In this document: positions 38,558 through 48,618 of the stretch, piece after piece
Numbering within the stretch: position 1 is the first letter of the stretch
Layout of the letters: each line of letters begins with the position of its first letter
Virus record (IMG/VR): IMGVR_UViG_3300011013_000008
Location: 22,123-86,122 of that record
Length of the DNA: 64,000 nucleotides
Origin: a virus
Reading direction: 5' to 3' (one strand)
The notes under the pieces: generated by a model
What the model was told of the DNA's origin: nothing
The model's database searches: none
Seen by the model: only the letters and a program-made list of their open reading frames with translations
Made by a program: the position numbers and the translations under genes

Positions 38558-39970
38558 TTAGTTAGTTTGATAAATTACAGTTAGTTCATCTTGGTTTTCA
38601 ATAGCATCAGCTGATCCTTGGCCAGAGAATGTTATTTCAGTTGCAATAACTGCTTCAATATTAATTGTAGGTACAGCTAATTGTGCTGTTCCTAGGGTAA
38701 GATCAACACGTTTAGCATTAGAACCCCCACCAATAGATAATACAAAGTTATAACTATTAGATACAGAATTAATATCTTCTAAAATATCATTAAGTAATGC
38801 TGCAGTACCATAAACACCAGTATCTAAATATGCAGTAATACTACCACTTACCTTCCTAGACCCCGCAAATCCTGATAGAGGTTGGTTAACTACACCTAAT
38901 TCAGCAGGAGTTAGGAAATTCATATTATTTTCAATAGTTAAAGAACCACCAGTAATTGCTATAGTATAATTCTGTCCCGCTGCATCATTAGAAGCATAAA
39001 CTGCCCAGCTATCACTACCACTAGGAGTAGTATCCCAATTTCCAACAATAGTAATAGTAGTTTCAGTGAAAGAATCAATTACTCTTGTTTCACCTGTAGT
39101 ACTATCTCGGATATAATCACCAATTGCTATAATACCATCAGTAACAAAGGTAGAACCTATTTCAGTAATTGAATTAACAGTAGCAGAAGTTACAGTGCCT
39201 ACAGCTAAAGTAGTAGTAGATATATTATTATTACTTAGAGTCATAGTAGACAGCTTATTACGTAAGAAGCTGTTAGCTGTTGTAGCGGGTGTTGGTGTAT
39301 ACGCTGTACCTGCAACCCAAGCTCCAATTGTAGTATGATCAGCAGAAGAAAGTTCAGTTACCTTTGTACCCTTACCAGACCAAGCAATCTGAGCTATATC
39401 TTCAATAGCGAAACTAATTTCAGCGGTAGAAATATTAACGTTATCTACTCGATAAGTAGATTTTTCTAACTGGAACCAGAAAGTTAACTTAGCTAGCTCA
39501 TTAGAATCTGATTCCTCGAAATCTATTAACATACCATCTGCTGTGGTTTGAGTACCTACATCCCTCTGCAAAATAGCAGAACCTGTTACAGCACTAGAGA
39601 AATTACCATTAGCATCTACGGCAGCACCACTAGCTAAACTACCCGCTAAAGAAGCCCATAAAATCTTTTCAGGTGCATCTACTACACTATTAGTAAAATC
39701 ATCATAAGGTCTTATATAGGTTGTTACAGAAACATCTACAGGGTCTTGAGCAGTATTATAAGTTTTTTGCCCACGAATAGGGGTTGTACCCGCCTCATTA
39801 ATAGATATATCTTCAGTTGAAGTCGCTTGGGAAAAGTTGTACCCATCTAGTACTTTAATTTCCCAAGTATTTGTGTTATTTACGCTTCCTAATAGTGGTA
39901 CACCATTACTATCTAGAACATCAGCGTTACTAACATAAAGTTTTGTATTGCGCGTTAAATTACGTGCCAT
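38558..39970 (-). CDS. major tail tube protein (T5 pb6-like)
   Basis: RNTKLYVS, TWEIKVLDGYNFSQ, TYIRPY, IEDIAQIAWSG, NNMNFLTP..LG. Confidence 0.88.
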   Translation of the reverse strand: MARNLTRNTKLYVSNADVLDSNGVPLLGSVNNTNTWEIKVLDGYNFSQATSTEDISINEAGTTPIRGQKTYNTAQDPVDVSVTTYIRPYDDFTNSVVDAPEKILWASLAGSLASGAAVDANGNFSSAVTGSAILQRDVGTQTTADGMLIDFEESDSNELAKLTFWFQLEKSTYRVDNVNISTAEISFAIEDIAQIAWSGKGTKVTELSSADHTTIGAWVAGTAYTPTPATTANSFLRNKLSTMTLSNNNISTTTLAVGTVTSATVNSITEIGSTFVTDGIIAIGDYIRDSTTGETRVIDSFTETTITIVGNWDTTPSGSDSWAVYASNDAAGQNYTIAITGGSLTIENNMNFLTPAELGVVNQPLSGFAGSRKVSGSITAYLDTGVYGTAALLNDILEDINSVSNSYNFVLSIGGGSNAKRVDLTLGTAQLAVPTINIEAVIATEITFSGQGSADAIENQDELTVIYQTN

Positions 39971-40020
39971 ATTTAAAATCTCCTAATTAGATAGTTGATT
40001 GAAGTATTTAGATTTTTATC

Positions 40021-40452
40021 TTAACCGTCAATTCCATATCTTACTTGTAATAAAATTTCTCCAATCCTTAGAGGTTCCATTAGACCTTCATCAGTAGTTA
40101 TACTAAGAACTCTAATATCTTCCGTAAACTTTCCAGTTGAATACTCTAATTCCTGATTAGAATCTACTATAAGCTCTATATCTGTAAATACATCCTCAAC
40201 ATCTTGATCTGATGTTTCACTATTGATGTATATCCATATATGTATTTGTAGCAAACCCCAAGTTAATGCAGGTAAGTATTCTCTCGTTTCTCTGCCTGCA
40301 GTAACACACACAAAAGGGAAATCAGTTACTTCGTTCCAGTATTTTAATTTACCTAGCACATTAGTATATAAATTGGAAATATAAGGATTGTTACCCTGTA
40401 TTTCTTTAAATTTGGATACCAAAGCATCTTTTATATCTACTCTTGAACTCAT
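40021..40452 (-). CDS. tail terminator protein (p142-like)
   Basis: KYWNEVTDFP...G.ETREY...ITTDEGL.P..IGE. Confidence 0.82.
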   Translation of the reverse strand: MSSRVDIKDALVSKFKEIQGNNPYISNLYTNVLGKLKYWNEVTDFPFVCVTAGRETREYLPALTWGLLQIHIWIYINSETSDQDVEDVFTDIELIVDSNQELEYSTGKFTEDIRVLSITTDEGLMEPLRIGEILLQVRYGIDG

Positions 40453-41555
40453 AATAGATGTAAACTCCTTATTCTCATATTAGCATATATTTCTTTCATA
40501 ATATCTCTTATAGCACCACTAATAATATTCTCTGGATTTCTACCTGGCCCATGCACCCCTTTAGTAAATACTTCATAAGGGAATCTCATATAAGAATAAG
40601 TTATGTCAACCTTTCCATCATTTTCAATAGCTGAAGATACAGAAGCAGTTGTTGCAAACCTATAAGTTCTATTTCTCAAGTAATTTTTATTAGGGCTTAA
40701 TATATCAGTTGGGGCGTGCATAACTGGATAGATAGAGTGTCTATTATTAGTAGCTAAATATTGTTGTAATAATATAGTCAAAGTTGTAGATAGATTAGTA
40801 ACGGGTTTAGGAGCTTCATAATCTTCACCATCAAGGTTATAAGTATAGCTATCAACTCCTCTATGCTTTCTTATATTACGAGTTGTTTGTTTCCTTATTC
40901 TTGTAATGGCTCTATTGTGAGCTTTCTCTTTACCTAGTTTTGCAATTTCAGCCATTAATTCTATTTTAGAATCAAGAACGTCTAATACATCTGCGGACTT
41001 ACCATAATCAATACCAGTTAGAATAGCTTCTTTAGCTTTCTTCTCTAGAGCTCTAAACTCATGTCCAGTAGGTGCAGTAAAACTTAATTTAATCTTAGAT
41101 ATTTTATCATTACTTTTTGTCTTTAGCTCTGATACTAAGTCAGGACTTGTAAATCTTTCTATATCCTTAAAATATTTATCTATATTATCTTTTAATCTTG
41201 CGCCGGACTGCCTAGATTTCTTTAGTACTAATTCTCCGCGTGCCTCCTGACGTGTATTTAGTAGGTCTTCTTCTGAGAAGTCCTGAGTATATTTATTTAT
41301 AATACGTTTTGCTTTCTTAAGTTTTTGAGTAGTAGATGCTAGCACAAAATCAGATTCAGTACCAATATAAGGGTGCCCTATGCTATCTACCAATTCAGCT
41401 TTAAGTTTTCTAGCTTTTGATTTATCTCCACCTAACATTTTAGAAAGAGTTCTAACACTCACATCTAGAGCAGTAGAGAAAGACTTAACTTCTTTGTCAA
41501 GAGTAGCAAATTGTCTATCTAATCCCGCTTTAGCTAATTCAACAACATCTTTCAT
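40449..41555 (-). CDS. tail completion protein (p143-like)
   Basis: C-terminal LRNRT.RFA...Y.YM..PYEVF...P..II..AIRDI; synteny. Confidence 0.72.
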   Translation of the reverse strand: MKDVVELAKAGLDRQFATLDKEVKSFSTALDVSVRTLSKMLGGDKSKARKLKAELVDSIGHPYIGTESDFVLASTTQKLKKAKRIINKYTQDFSEEDLLNTRQEARGELVLKKSRQSGARLKDNIDKYFKDIERFTSPDLVSELKTKSNDKISKIKLSFTAPTGHEFRALEKKAKEAILTGIDYGKSADVLDVLDSKIELMAEIAKLGKEKAHNRAITRIRKQTTRNIRKHRGVDSYTYNLDGEDYEAPKPVTNLSTTLTILLQQYLATNNRHSIYPVMHAPTDILSPNKNYLRNRTYRFATTASVSSAIENDGKVDITYSYMRFPYEVFTKGVHGPGRNPENIISGAIRDIMKEIYANMRIRSLHLL

Positions 41556-42133
41556 TATAGTACTCTATATAAATCTAATACTCTTTTGATATGTGGAGGT
41601 AATTGACTTCCTGGAGAAATGCCAACAGGGTTATCCATATTAGCACTAGCCATAGATTTACTTGGTTGATGCTCTTCAGCTTTATAGTACTGAACTAAAT
41701 CCATAGCAGCATTTTTTAAGTCTAAAGGAGTATTAATATAACCACCCTTATAAGTTAATTTACCACTTTTATGTCTTATAGTACTAGATACAAATCCCTG
41801 TAATCCAGTATTAGCTATAATTCTATCATTTTCTTCATCTACGAAATAGTCAGTATTTTCAACTAGAGCAGTATATGTAACTCCACCATCAGTAGATACA
41901 GCTAGTTCTGTAACTTCTAGTAGGGGAAATTCTACAGGATATATTTCAGAATAATTAGTAGCGTCAAAATACTCTACCTTATCTGTTAGAGAGTAGTCAA
42001 TTAAGTCTCTATTAGTATATCCCTTTATAAATGAAGTAACAGAACCTATTAGTGAGTTTATAATAGGATCATATTGTTCACTATTAATATTCTTATAATT
42101 CTTAAATTCATCAATAGTTATTAAATTTAACAT
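41555..42133 (-). CDS. head completion / head-tail adaptor (p144-like)
   Basis: LITIDEFK, YKGGY..P.DLK.A..DLV.YY, PPHIKRVLDLYR. Confidence 0.85.
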   Translation of the reverse strand: MLNLITIDEFKNYKNINSEQYDPIINSLIGSVTSFIKGYTNRDLIDYSLTDKVEYFDATNYSEIYPVEFPLLEVTELAVSTDGGVTYTALVENTDYFVDEENDRIIANTGLQGFVSSTIRHKSGKLTYKGGYINTPLDLKNAAMDLVQYYKAEEHQPSKSMASANMDNPVGISPGSQLPPHIKRVLDLYRVL

Positions 42134-42151
42134 GTATATATTTTCCTATTA

Positions 42152-42181
42152 TAAACTCACTAGGGTTGTTAACCCTAGTGA
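42152..42181 (-). terminator. hairpin terminator after the capsid gene
   Basis: TCACTAGGGTT-GTT-AACCCTAGTGA. Confidence 0.7.
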
Positions 42182-42213
42182 TAATCTAAAAATTAGATTT
42201 AAGTAGCTTAAAA

Positions 42214-44178
42214 TTAAGCTCCAGGCCAAACCATAGTTACTACAGTAGCATTAGAACTAAATAGTTCTAGCATACCCATGCGTCTAGTAACAACTAATAG
42301 ATTAGTTTGATTTTCTACAGAACGTTCACGTTCTACAGAAAGACCCTTATAGTCGCCTTTAATGTAGTTACTCATATTAACACAAATAGCAGCAACTTTA
42401 TTAGCAGCTTTAGATTCAAATTCTCCTGAAACTATTATAGCAGATCCACCAACTTTACCCACTTGTCCTGTAAGAATAGTAGCTTGAGTACCTACTTTAT
42501 CCATAGTTAAGAAGTTAGTATCTTCTAATAGGTCGTAATAAACATCGTGAGATACTACAAATACTATATCAGAAGCATTATGTCCATGAACACCCATCTG
42601 CTTACGCATAGCACGTAAGTTAGCAACAGTTACAGTATCAACAATAGTACCAAAAGTACCACCAATAGCTAAAGTACGTCCAGCATTAACACCAATAGTA
42701 GCTAAACCATCGAATGGGTAACTACCTTCTCCAGTACCTGCTACAACACCATTAACACCACGTAAAAGGGCTTTATCAGAAGATTTAGCCATTCTACGAA
42801 CAGCAGCATCACGTATAATAGGAATTAATGGAATTAAAGAATCATCTTCTTCTTCATATCCAATAAATTCTTTAGTAGCTAGTTTATAAGCTGTTAGTTG
42901 AGTATCATTAAGACCATGTGTACGTGCAGTACCAGAAGAAGTAGCAGCAGATAGTTCACCAACAGCTCCACCAACTACCCAAGTACCATAACCAGCTTCA
43001 GGATTTAATGGAATATTTAAAGTAGCACGAGGTAGGGTCATAGTGGTGAATAAATTTTCAACAATTAACTTTTCACGAACATCTTCAAATAGACGAGTTG
43101 AGAAACCAATTTCCCAACCAGCAGTCATACCAATTTGGTGAGCACCATCAGAGGTAGTACCAGCTTTTTGAATTAAATCTTGTCCAAACTTAGTATCTGC
43201 TACAGGACGATTAAGAATTTTAGATACAAGCATTGCAGTATCAATATCTTTATTAGCTAGGTCAATAACTGAACTTTCTTTATCAGTAAAGGACATTTTT
43301 GATTTGTTATAACTTTGAAGTTGCTCAGAGTACTCAGCAATTTCACTCTTAATAGAATCTAGAGCTTCCTGAAGAGTAGTAGACTCATCATTAAAACGCT
43401 TTTCAATTTCAGTTTTAAGGTTTTCTACCCTTTCACCAACAACTTCAGTAGTTGTAGAGATAGCTTTTTCTACTTGCGTAGAGACTTCCTCTTCAAGAGC
43501 AGCTTTTCTATCAGCTTCTTCTTGCATTTCTTTTTCAATTTTTGCTCTTAGATCAGTTTCTAATTGCTTCTTATCTATGCTTTCTGGCATATTCTTTTCC
43601 TCTTTATTTTCTGAGTTGTCATCAGACTCATCCTCAGCTATTACTGTACTAGTGCCCTCAAGAAACTCAGATTTGAACGAAATATATTCGTCCTCTGTTT
43701 CAAAAGATTTTCTTACAGAAAATGTGGAATCCGCATTAGCAGGAATGCTAACTACAGATACTTCTAATAATTCGAGATCCTTAATTACAAACAGATCAGT
43801 CTCTGTATCATAATCAGCTTCTCGAGTTCTAAACCCTACGGAGAAAGTCTTTAATACTCCATCCTTAATCAGGGAGTAAATTTCTCCAATTGACTTATGT
43901 ACTTTCGCAACAATTTTTAAACCTTTATTATTAATATAATACTCAGTCATAAGTCCAATAGGCTTGGTGTGGTTGTGGTATGCTAAGATAATGGGATTTT
44001 TTAGATAATTGTCTAGACCACCTTTAGTCCAGGCTTCCTCTAAAATTATATCACCTACTCTATCTACTGTAGTAGTATTAGCGTAGCCTTCAATAACAAT
44101 AAAATCATTTTCACCATTATTATCTGATATAGCTTTTACCTTGAAACCAACGGGGAGATTTAGCATTTCTTTCATCAT
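42214..44178 (-). CDS. prohead protease fused in frame to the HK97-fold major capsid protein
   Basis: N-terminal IEGYANT..DRVGD, LAYHNH..PIG, FSVGF, EVSVVSIPAN; acidic linker; coiled-coil delta domain; capsid YKLATKEFIGYEEEDD. Confidence 0.92.
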   Translation of the reverse strand: MMKEMLNLPVGFKVKAISDNNGENDFIVIEGYANTTTVDRVGDIILEEAWTKGGLDNYLKNPIILAYHNHTKPIGLMTEYYINNKGLKIVAKVHKSIGEIYSLIKDGVLKTFSVGFRTREADYDTETDLFVIKDLELLEVSVVSIPANADSTFSVRKSFETEDEYISFKSEFLEGTSTVIAEDESDDNSENKEEKNMPESIDKKQLETDLRAKIEKEMQEEADRKAALEEEVSTQVEKAISTTTEVVGERVENLKTEIEKRFNDESTTLQEALDSIKSEIAEYSEQLQSYNKSKMSFTDKESSVIDLANKDIDTAMLVSKILNRPVADTKFGQDLIQKAGTTSDGAHQIGMTAGWEIGFSTRLFEDVREKLIVENLFTTMTLPRATLNIPLNPEAGYGTWVVGGAVGELSAATSSGTARTHGLNDTQLTAYKLATKEFIGYEEEDDSLIPLIPIIRDAAVRRMAKSSDKALLRGVNGVVAGTGEGSYPFDGLATIGVNAGRTLAIGGTFGTIVDTVTVANLRAMRKQMGVHGHNASDIVFVVSHDVYYDLLEDTNFLTMDKVGTQATILTGQVGKVGGSAIIVSGEFESKAANKVAAICVNMSNYIKGDYKGLSVERERSVENQTNLLVVTRRMGMLELFSSNATVVTMVWPGA

Positions 44179-44184
44179 ATACCC

Positions 44185-45435
44185 TCATTGCTGGTGGGGA
44201 GCCCCACCAGTACTAGCATTCGCTGCACTACCTGCAATATTAGCTGGTAGTACTAATCTATCACCTAAACCATCATCTTTAGTATAAGGTTCTAAACGTA
44301 ACTTATCTCTAGCTTCATTTCTTGTCATAATTCCTGCATTTACCAGAGTTGAATAATAATTACCTATTTCTCTGAGATCAGGTCTTAAAGCCATAATCTC
44401 GGCTGTAACTGGTTTTAAATCAAAACCAAAGTACAGTTCAAAACTAGAAATTATCTTATCTAATAATGGCATAACAGTATTTGTGTAGAAAAGTTTTAAA
44501 TTAGGGGAAATATTTGCGTTATTACCTGAATCTAATAAGATAGGTGGAACGCCTAATGCCTCTAATATTTTTCTTTCCTGCGTTTTAATAGAAGCTGAAA
44601 AGTCTAACTCTTTAAAGCTATACTTAGCAAGATCTTCTATTTGGAATCCACCATCTAAAATCAATGGCTTTCTTCCTCCGGTAGACGGGTTGTAATCACG
44701 CATCCACTCCAGAATTTTTCTTTGTTTCAATTTCTTAGACAGCATATCTTCTGTTTTTAGTACAACACCTAATATAGTATTGTTTTTAAAGAAGTTATCC
44801 TGATAAGTATTCATTCTATTTAGTATAGATATACTATCTACTGCTGATGATAGTCTAGAACTACCTCTAAAAACTGAATCAGCTGAGTTCTCTCTAATAT
44901 GTATAATTTCATCTGGTAAAAAACTCTTATTGTCATATTTATATTCTTTTATAAAGTTTCTTTTATCAGGAATAATCTCTACATTAATAGCTGGTAGTAC
45001 ATATATATCAGTACCATCATAATATGCAAAAGCATTACCCTCTAGAATTAAATCTGTTGCTAATTGACGTTTTAATTCCTGAGCACTTAAAAATCTATTA
45101 GATTTAAAATTTAATAAAACTTCTAGTCTATCTTGCCTAACATAAGGAGCCACAGGAGTTACTTTAGGAATTCTACCTTTAATATCAATAGGAAATTCTG
45201 CTAAAGAATCTGCTATAAGGTTAACTCCGCGGTTAACTACTTCTAGACCTTTATATGAATCTACATGTGTATAAGAATATCTGGAGGTATATTGAGCTTG
45301 ACTACCTTGTTCTATAGCTATAGATTCTTGTGCAGGGTTTAATTTCTCCTCATATTCAGCTTCTAAATCTGTTATTTTCTTCTGAATAAGTTTTGCTTGC
45401 TCTTCTTCAGAAGGTGCTCTACTAAACCATGCCAT
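44185..45435 (-). CDS. portal protein
   Basis: EKLNPAQ, VNRGVNLI, DLILEGNAF, IIHIRENS, LGVPPILLDSGNNANISPN. Confidence 0.93.
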   Translation of the reverse strand: MAWFSRAPSEEEQAKLIQKKITDLEAEYEEKLNPAQESIAIEQGSQAQYTSRYSYTHVDSYKGLEVVNRGVNLIADSLAEFPIDIKGRIPKVTPVAPYVRQDRLEVLLNFKSNRFLSAQELKRQLATDLILEGNAFAYYDGTDIYVLPAINVEIIPDKRNFIKEYKYDNKSFLPDEIIHIRENSADSVFRGSSRLSSAVDSISILNRMNTYQDNFFKNNTILGVVLKTEDMLSKKLKQRKILEWMRDYNPSTGGRKPLILDGGFQIEDLAKYSFKELDFSASIKTQERKILEALGVPPILLDSGNNANISPNLKLFYTNTVMPLLDKIISSFELYFGFDLKPVTAEIMALRPDLREIGNYYSTLVNAGIMTRNEARDKLRLEPYTKDDGLGDRLVLPANIAGSAANASTGGAPHQQ

Positions 45436-45805
45436 ATTCTTTCTCTCTTCTCATATCACACCAACGTTTTTGTTTGCTAGCGGTACTTAGTGGTGGTGCT
45501 TGACCATATATTTTGTGTAATCTCTGCATATGATGGAATTTACATAGTGTAACAACTTCATTATATATTTCATTATACTTATCACTAATGAAATCATCTC
45601 TAACATCTAATACATCTTCACTAGACTTTATAGTTATGTTATTGTCTTTCTTCCACTGTTCCCACATTAAAGTCATAGAATTAAAGTGGTGCATTTGCAA
45701 TTCTTCTATCTTTCCACAGATATAACATTCGAAATCCTTTTTATATGCTGCCTTAGCACCATCCCTGACATATTTAACTTCATCCCTTAGTAATTTAGAC
45801 CCCAT
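45422..45805 (-). CDS. HNH-type nicking endonuclease (T5-like)
   Basis: RDEVKYVRD.AK..Y.K...CYICG...HH...VTLCKFHH..LH.IYG; lies between terL and portal as in T5. Confidence 0.8.
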   Translation of the reverse strand: MGSKLLRDEVKYVRDGAKAAYKKDFECYICGKIEELQMHHFNSMTLMWEQWKKDNNITIKSSEDVLDVRDDFISDKYNEIYNEVVTLCKFHHMQRLHKIYGQAPPLSTASKQKRWCDMRREKEYGMV

Positions 45806-45817
45806 AACTATTTCCTT

Positions 45818-46117
45818 TTATAAATTTCCAGCTATAATATCTTTTTCTGTTTGTGTTAAAGGATTAATTCTATCTGCATCAGCATCTGTTAAATTAACCC
45901 ATTTATTTAAGTATACTACAGAAGGATCTAAAGCTATTGTATATGGGTCTAACCCACCATCTTGCTGTACAAAAATAGTAGTACCATTTTGACGTATTCT
46001 ACATTCAGTTAAATTATCTTTTACAGTTAAGTCTGCACCCCCAGTTACATTTAAGTTACTATCTTGTTGGCAAGCAGTTAAAGTTAATAATAAGGCAGTG
46101 ATTAATATTTTTTTCAT
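45818..46117 (-). CDS. lipoprotein
   Basis: MKKILITALLLTLTAC signal with lipobox. Confidence 0.65.
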   Translation of the reverse strand: MKKILITALLLTLTACQQDSNLNVTGGADLTVKDNLTECRIRQNGTTIFVQQDGGLDPYTIALDPSVVYLNKWVNLTDADADRINPLTQTEKDIIAGNL

Positions 46118-46420
46118 TTATTCTATCCTAAGAAGTCCTTGCCCAACTTTAGTATTACCTAAATTGGTAAGAACTGTTATGGTTACTTCATACTGCTCAT
46201 TTGAAGTACCACCTGATATTCGTAATTGTGCAGTTGATCCAGAAAATACTGTAGTATCTAATACAATATCAGAAGAACCACTAATTCTACCTAAATTAGT
46301 AAAATCAGTTAGCGATATTGCTGCTATTGTCTCACCCGTGCTCATACGTTTTTCAAAATTCATATCAAACAATATAGATTCTGTAGATAATTTAGTTAGT
46401 TCTTCTAATATATAGGCCAT
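46118..46420 (-). CDS. putative virion protein (small beta-sandwich)
   Basis: K...E...FDMNF...GETI...ISGGT...Y.VT. Confidence 0.55.
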   Translation of the reverse strand: MAYILEELTKLSTESILFDMNFEKRMSTGETIAAISLTDFTNLGRISGSSDIVLDTTVFSGSTAQLRISGGTSNEQYEVTITVLTNLGNTKVGQGLLRIE

Positions 46421-46423
46421 AAG

Positions 46424-47185
46424 TTACACCGTTTGTCCACTTTCTCTAAGAGTATAAGTTGAATTTGTAGCTGCTTGTCCGGCTGGTAAGTTAAGATGTA
46501 ACCATACACCTTGGGCACTATTTGCACTATGATTTTGGGAATTAGCTACATTTAAAGTAGCGGAACTCCAGTTACCTGTTGCAGCTACTGGTTCTGTAAT
46601 TCTATTAGTTGCAGAATCAGAAGCATCTAGGGTAGAATCTAAGTAGAATTCAACATTAGCAGCTACACCCCCAGCTATTTCTGCTATAGTAGCATTAGTT
46701 AAAGCTAGTGTAGAATTTTCATTTTTAAAGAAAATTTTCTCATACATATCTACAGCTAAACCTCCTACTGCTTCTGAACTAACATTATAAAAGGGTCTAC
46801 GTACACTAGTAGTACCAGCTTGCATAACTACTAAGTTAGCCTTTGAAGTAGCTTCTTCTATTGTCACAGCTCCAGCACAAGCTGCACTTAGAACCATTTT
46901 TAGAACTCTTTCAAATGTAGTAACTCCAACTACTGGAGTAGTGCCTGTTAGAGTATATACTTCAGTAGCTATACTACCATCTACTAAACGTCCTGTTACG
47001 GTTAACGTTTGGGTAGTATCTGCTGCATTACTAGATACTACATCTAAAGTATCTGATGCAGCAATAATATCTGTAAAAATTATTAGTGTAGTTGTATCTA
47101 TACCACCACCTTGTGGGGAAGTAATATTGTCTTCTTGCATATTAAGACTACCATAAACTACTATATCAGTATCAATTACTGGCAT
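46424..47185 (-). CDS. putative virion protein
   Basis: 253 aa, Thr/Ala/Gly-rich, beta-rich composition, late strand. Confidence 0.55.
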   Translation of the reverse strand: MPVIDTDIVVYGSLNMQEDNITSPQGGGIDTTTLIIFTDIIAASDTLDVVSSNAADTTQTLTVTGRLVDGSIATEVYTLTGTTPVVGVTTFERVLKMVLSAACAGAVTIEEATSKANLVVMQAGTTSVRRPFYNVSSEAVGGLAVDMYEKIFFKNENSTLALTNATIAEIAGGVAANVEFYLDSTLDASDSATNRITEPVAATGNWSSATLNVANSQNHSANSAQGVWLHLNLPAGQAATNSTYTLRESGQTV

Positions 47186-47202
47186 TTTATTGTTTCCTCT
47201 AT

Positions 47203-48573
47203 TTATCTAATCATCTTGTAAAGAGTCCAAGAGTTATTTATCTTGGAAAGAGTCCAAGAATTATTTGTTTTTCTTACTGTCCAGGTTGCTTTAGTACCTT
47301 GATAAAAAGTAATAGCTAAACCATCCCAATCAACTAGAATATTTTTATTTATACCAATTGATTCTAGCCAAGCAATTGGGTTTGTAATTGTAGTTGTTAC
47401 TTTAGCACTATTTTCGATAGCTAATATTATACTAGCATCTATATAGCCCTTATATTCAATAGACATAGCCTTAGCTGTATCTAAATAACCCTTAAATTCT
47501 ATTGATACTAAATTATCAGATTTAATACCTTGATTATTATCTATAGGTATAAGTCTAGAAGTATCATAATTTAAGATAGCTTCAATATTAATCAATTCAT
47601 TAATATTGATATTGGAGTTCCATTGAATATTTTGTGCTCTAGCATAATCTACTTTAGCACTCCAACTAATAGGTATATCTCTAGTTACATCCAAAGGTAT
47701 AGCAACTGCACCCTTCCATTCTATAGGAATAAGATTACTAGCTTCTAAGTTTAGATTATTAGTAATAGGTATTAGTTTATCAACACTAACATCTAATGCC
47801 CAATTTATATCTAAAGAACCATCTACTATTAAAGATTCAATGGTAGATATTGGCATTGTACTTAACTTATCAATACTAGTAGAAAATTCTATTGGAATTA
47901 ATCTTTCTGCATTAAAGTTATTACTAGAACCCCAAGTAATAGGTATTAGTTTACCTGAATCTACACTTAAAGCCCAGCTAATAACATTGTCTTTCTCAAC
48001 TTTTAAAGCTTCAGCCCATTCAGTAATAAGTTGTTTACTACTAATTGTAGTACTAGAGTTTTCAATGTTTTCAGTTTTATCTACTGTAGTAGTACTAGAA
48101 CTTTCAATGTTTTCGGTTTTATCTACTGTAGTAGTACTAGAGTTTTCTGTAAATAAACTAGTATCTATTTGTACATCTAAGGTATTTTCCGTAACAGATG
48201 TTCTATCTAGTGTAGTAGTACTAGAGTTTTCAATGTTTACAGCACTAGTAATATTTAGAGTAGAAGACCAATCAATAGCTAATAATCTATTTACATCTAA
48301 AATTGTAGCACCTTTCCATTCTATATTAATTAGATAATTATTAACTAAATTACTAGAATATTCTATGCTTGCAACTCTACTAGATAATGTATCTAACATT
48401 GATTCTATAGTTAGTAGTCTATCAGAGTTTATTTTATTTCTATATTCAACCTGGGCCAATCGGTCGCTTGCGACCCAACCGGCCCAGTTGATCGGTGTAC
48501 CTCTATCAGCTGTTACTGTAACAGTACTAATAGTACCAGTAGGCCTATGTATCCTTATTCTTGAAAGTCTCAT
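47203..48573 (-). CDS. repeat-rich putative fibre protein
   Basis: Roughly 15-aa units (IEW/IEN...LIP) repeated throughout; 45-bp DNA repeats at 48045-48240. Confidence 0.6.
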   Translation of the reverse strand: MRLSRIRIHRPTGTISTVTVTADRGTPINWAGWVASDRLAQVEYRNKINSDRLLTIESMLDTLSSRVASIEYSSNLVNNYLINIEWKGATILDVNRLLAIDWSSTLNITSAVNIENSSTTTLDRTSVTENTLDVQIDTSLFTENSSTTTVDKTENIESSSTTTVDKTENIENSSTTISSKQLITEWAEALKVEKDNVISWALSVDSGKLIPITWGSSNNFNAERLIPIEFSTSIDKLSTMPISTIESLIVDGSLDINWALDVSVDKLIPITNNLNLEASNLIPIEWKGAVAIPLDVTRDIPISWSAKVDYARAQNIQWNSNININELINIEAILNYDTSRLIPIDNNQGIKSDNLVSIEFKGYLDTAKAMSIEYKGYIDASIILAIENSAKVTTTITNPIAWLESIGINKNILVDWDGLAITFYQGTKATWTVRKTNNSWTLSKINNSWTLYKMIR

Positions 48574-48618
48574 TAAGCCTCCTTAATTACTATTCTTATC
48601 CGACTAGGGCGCATAATA

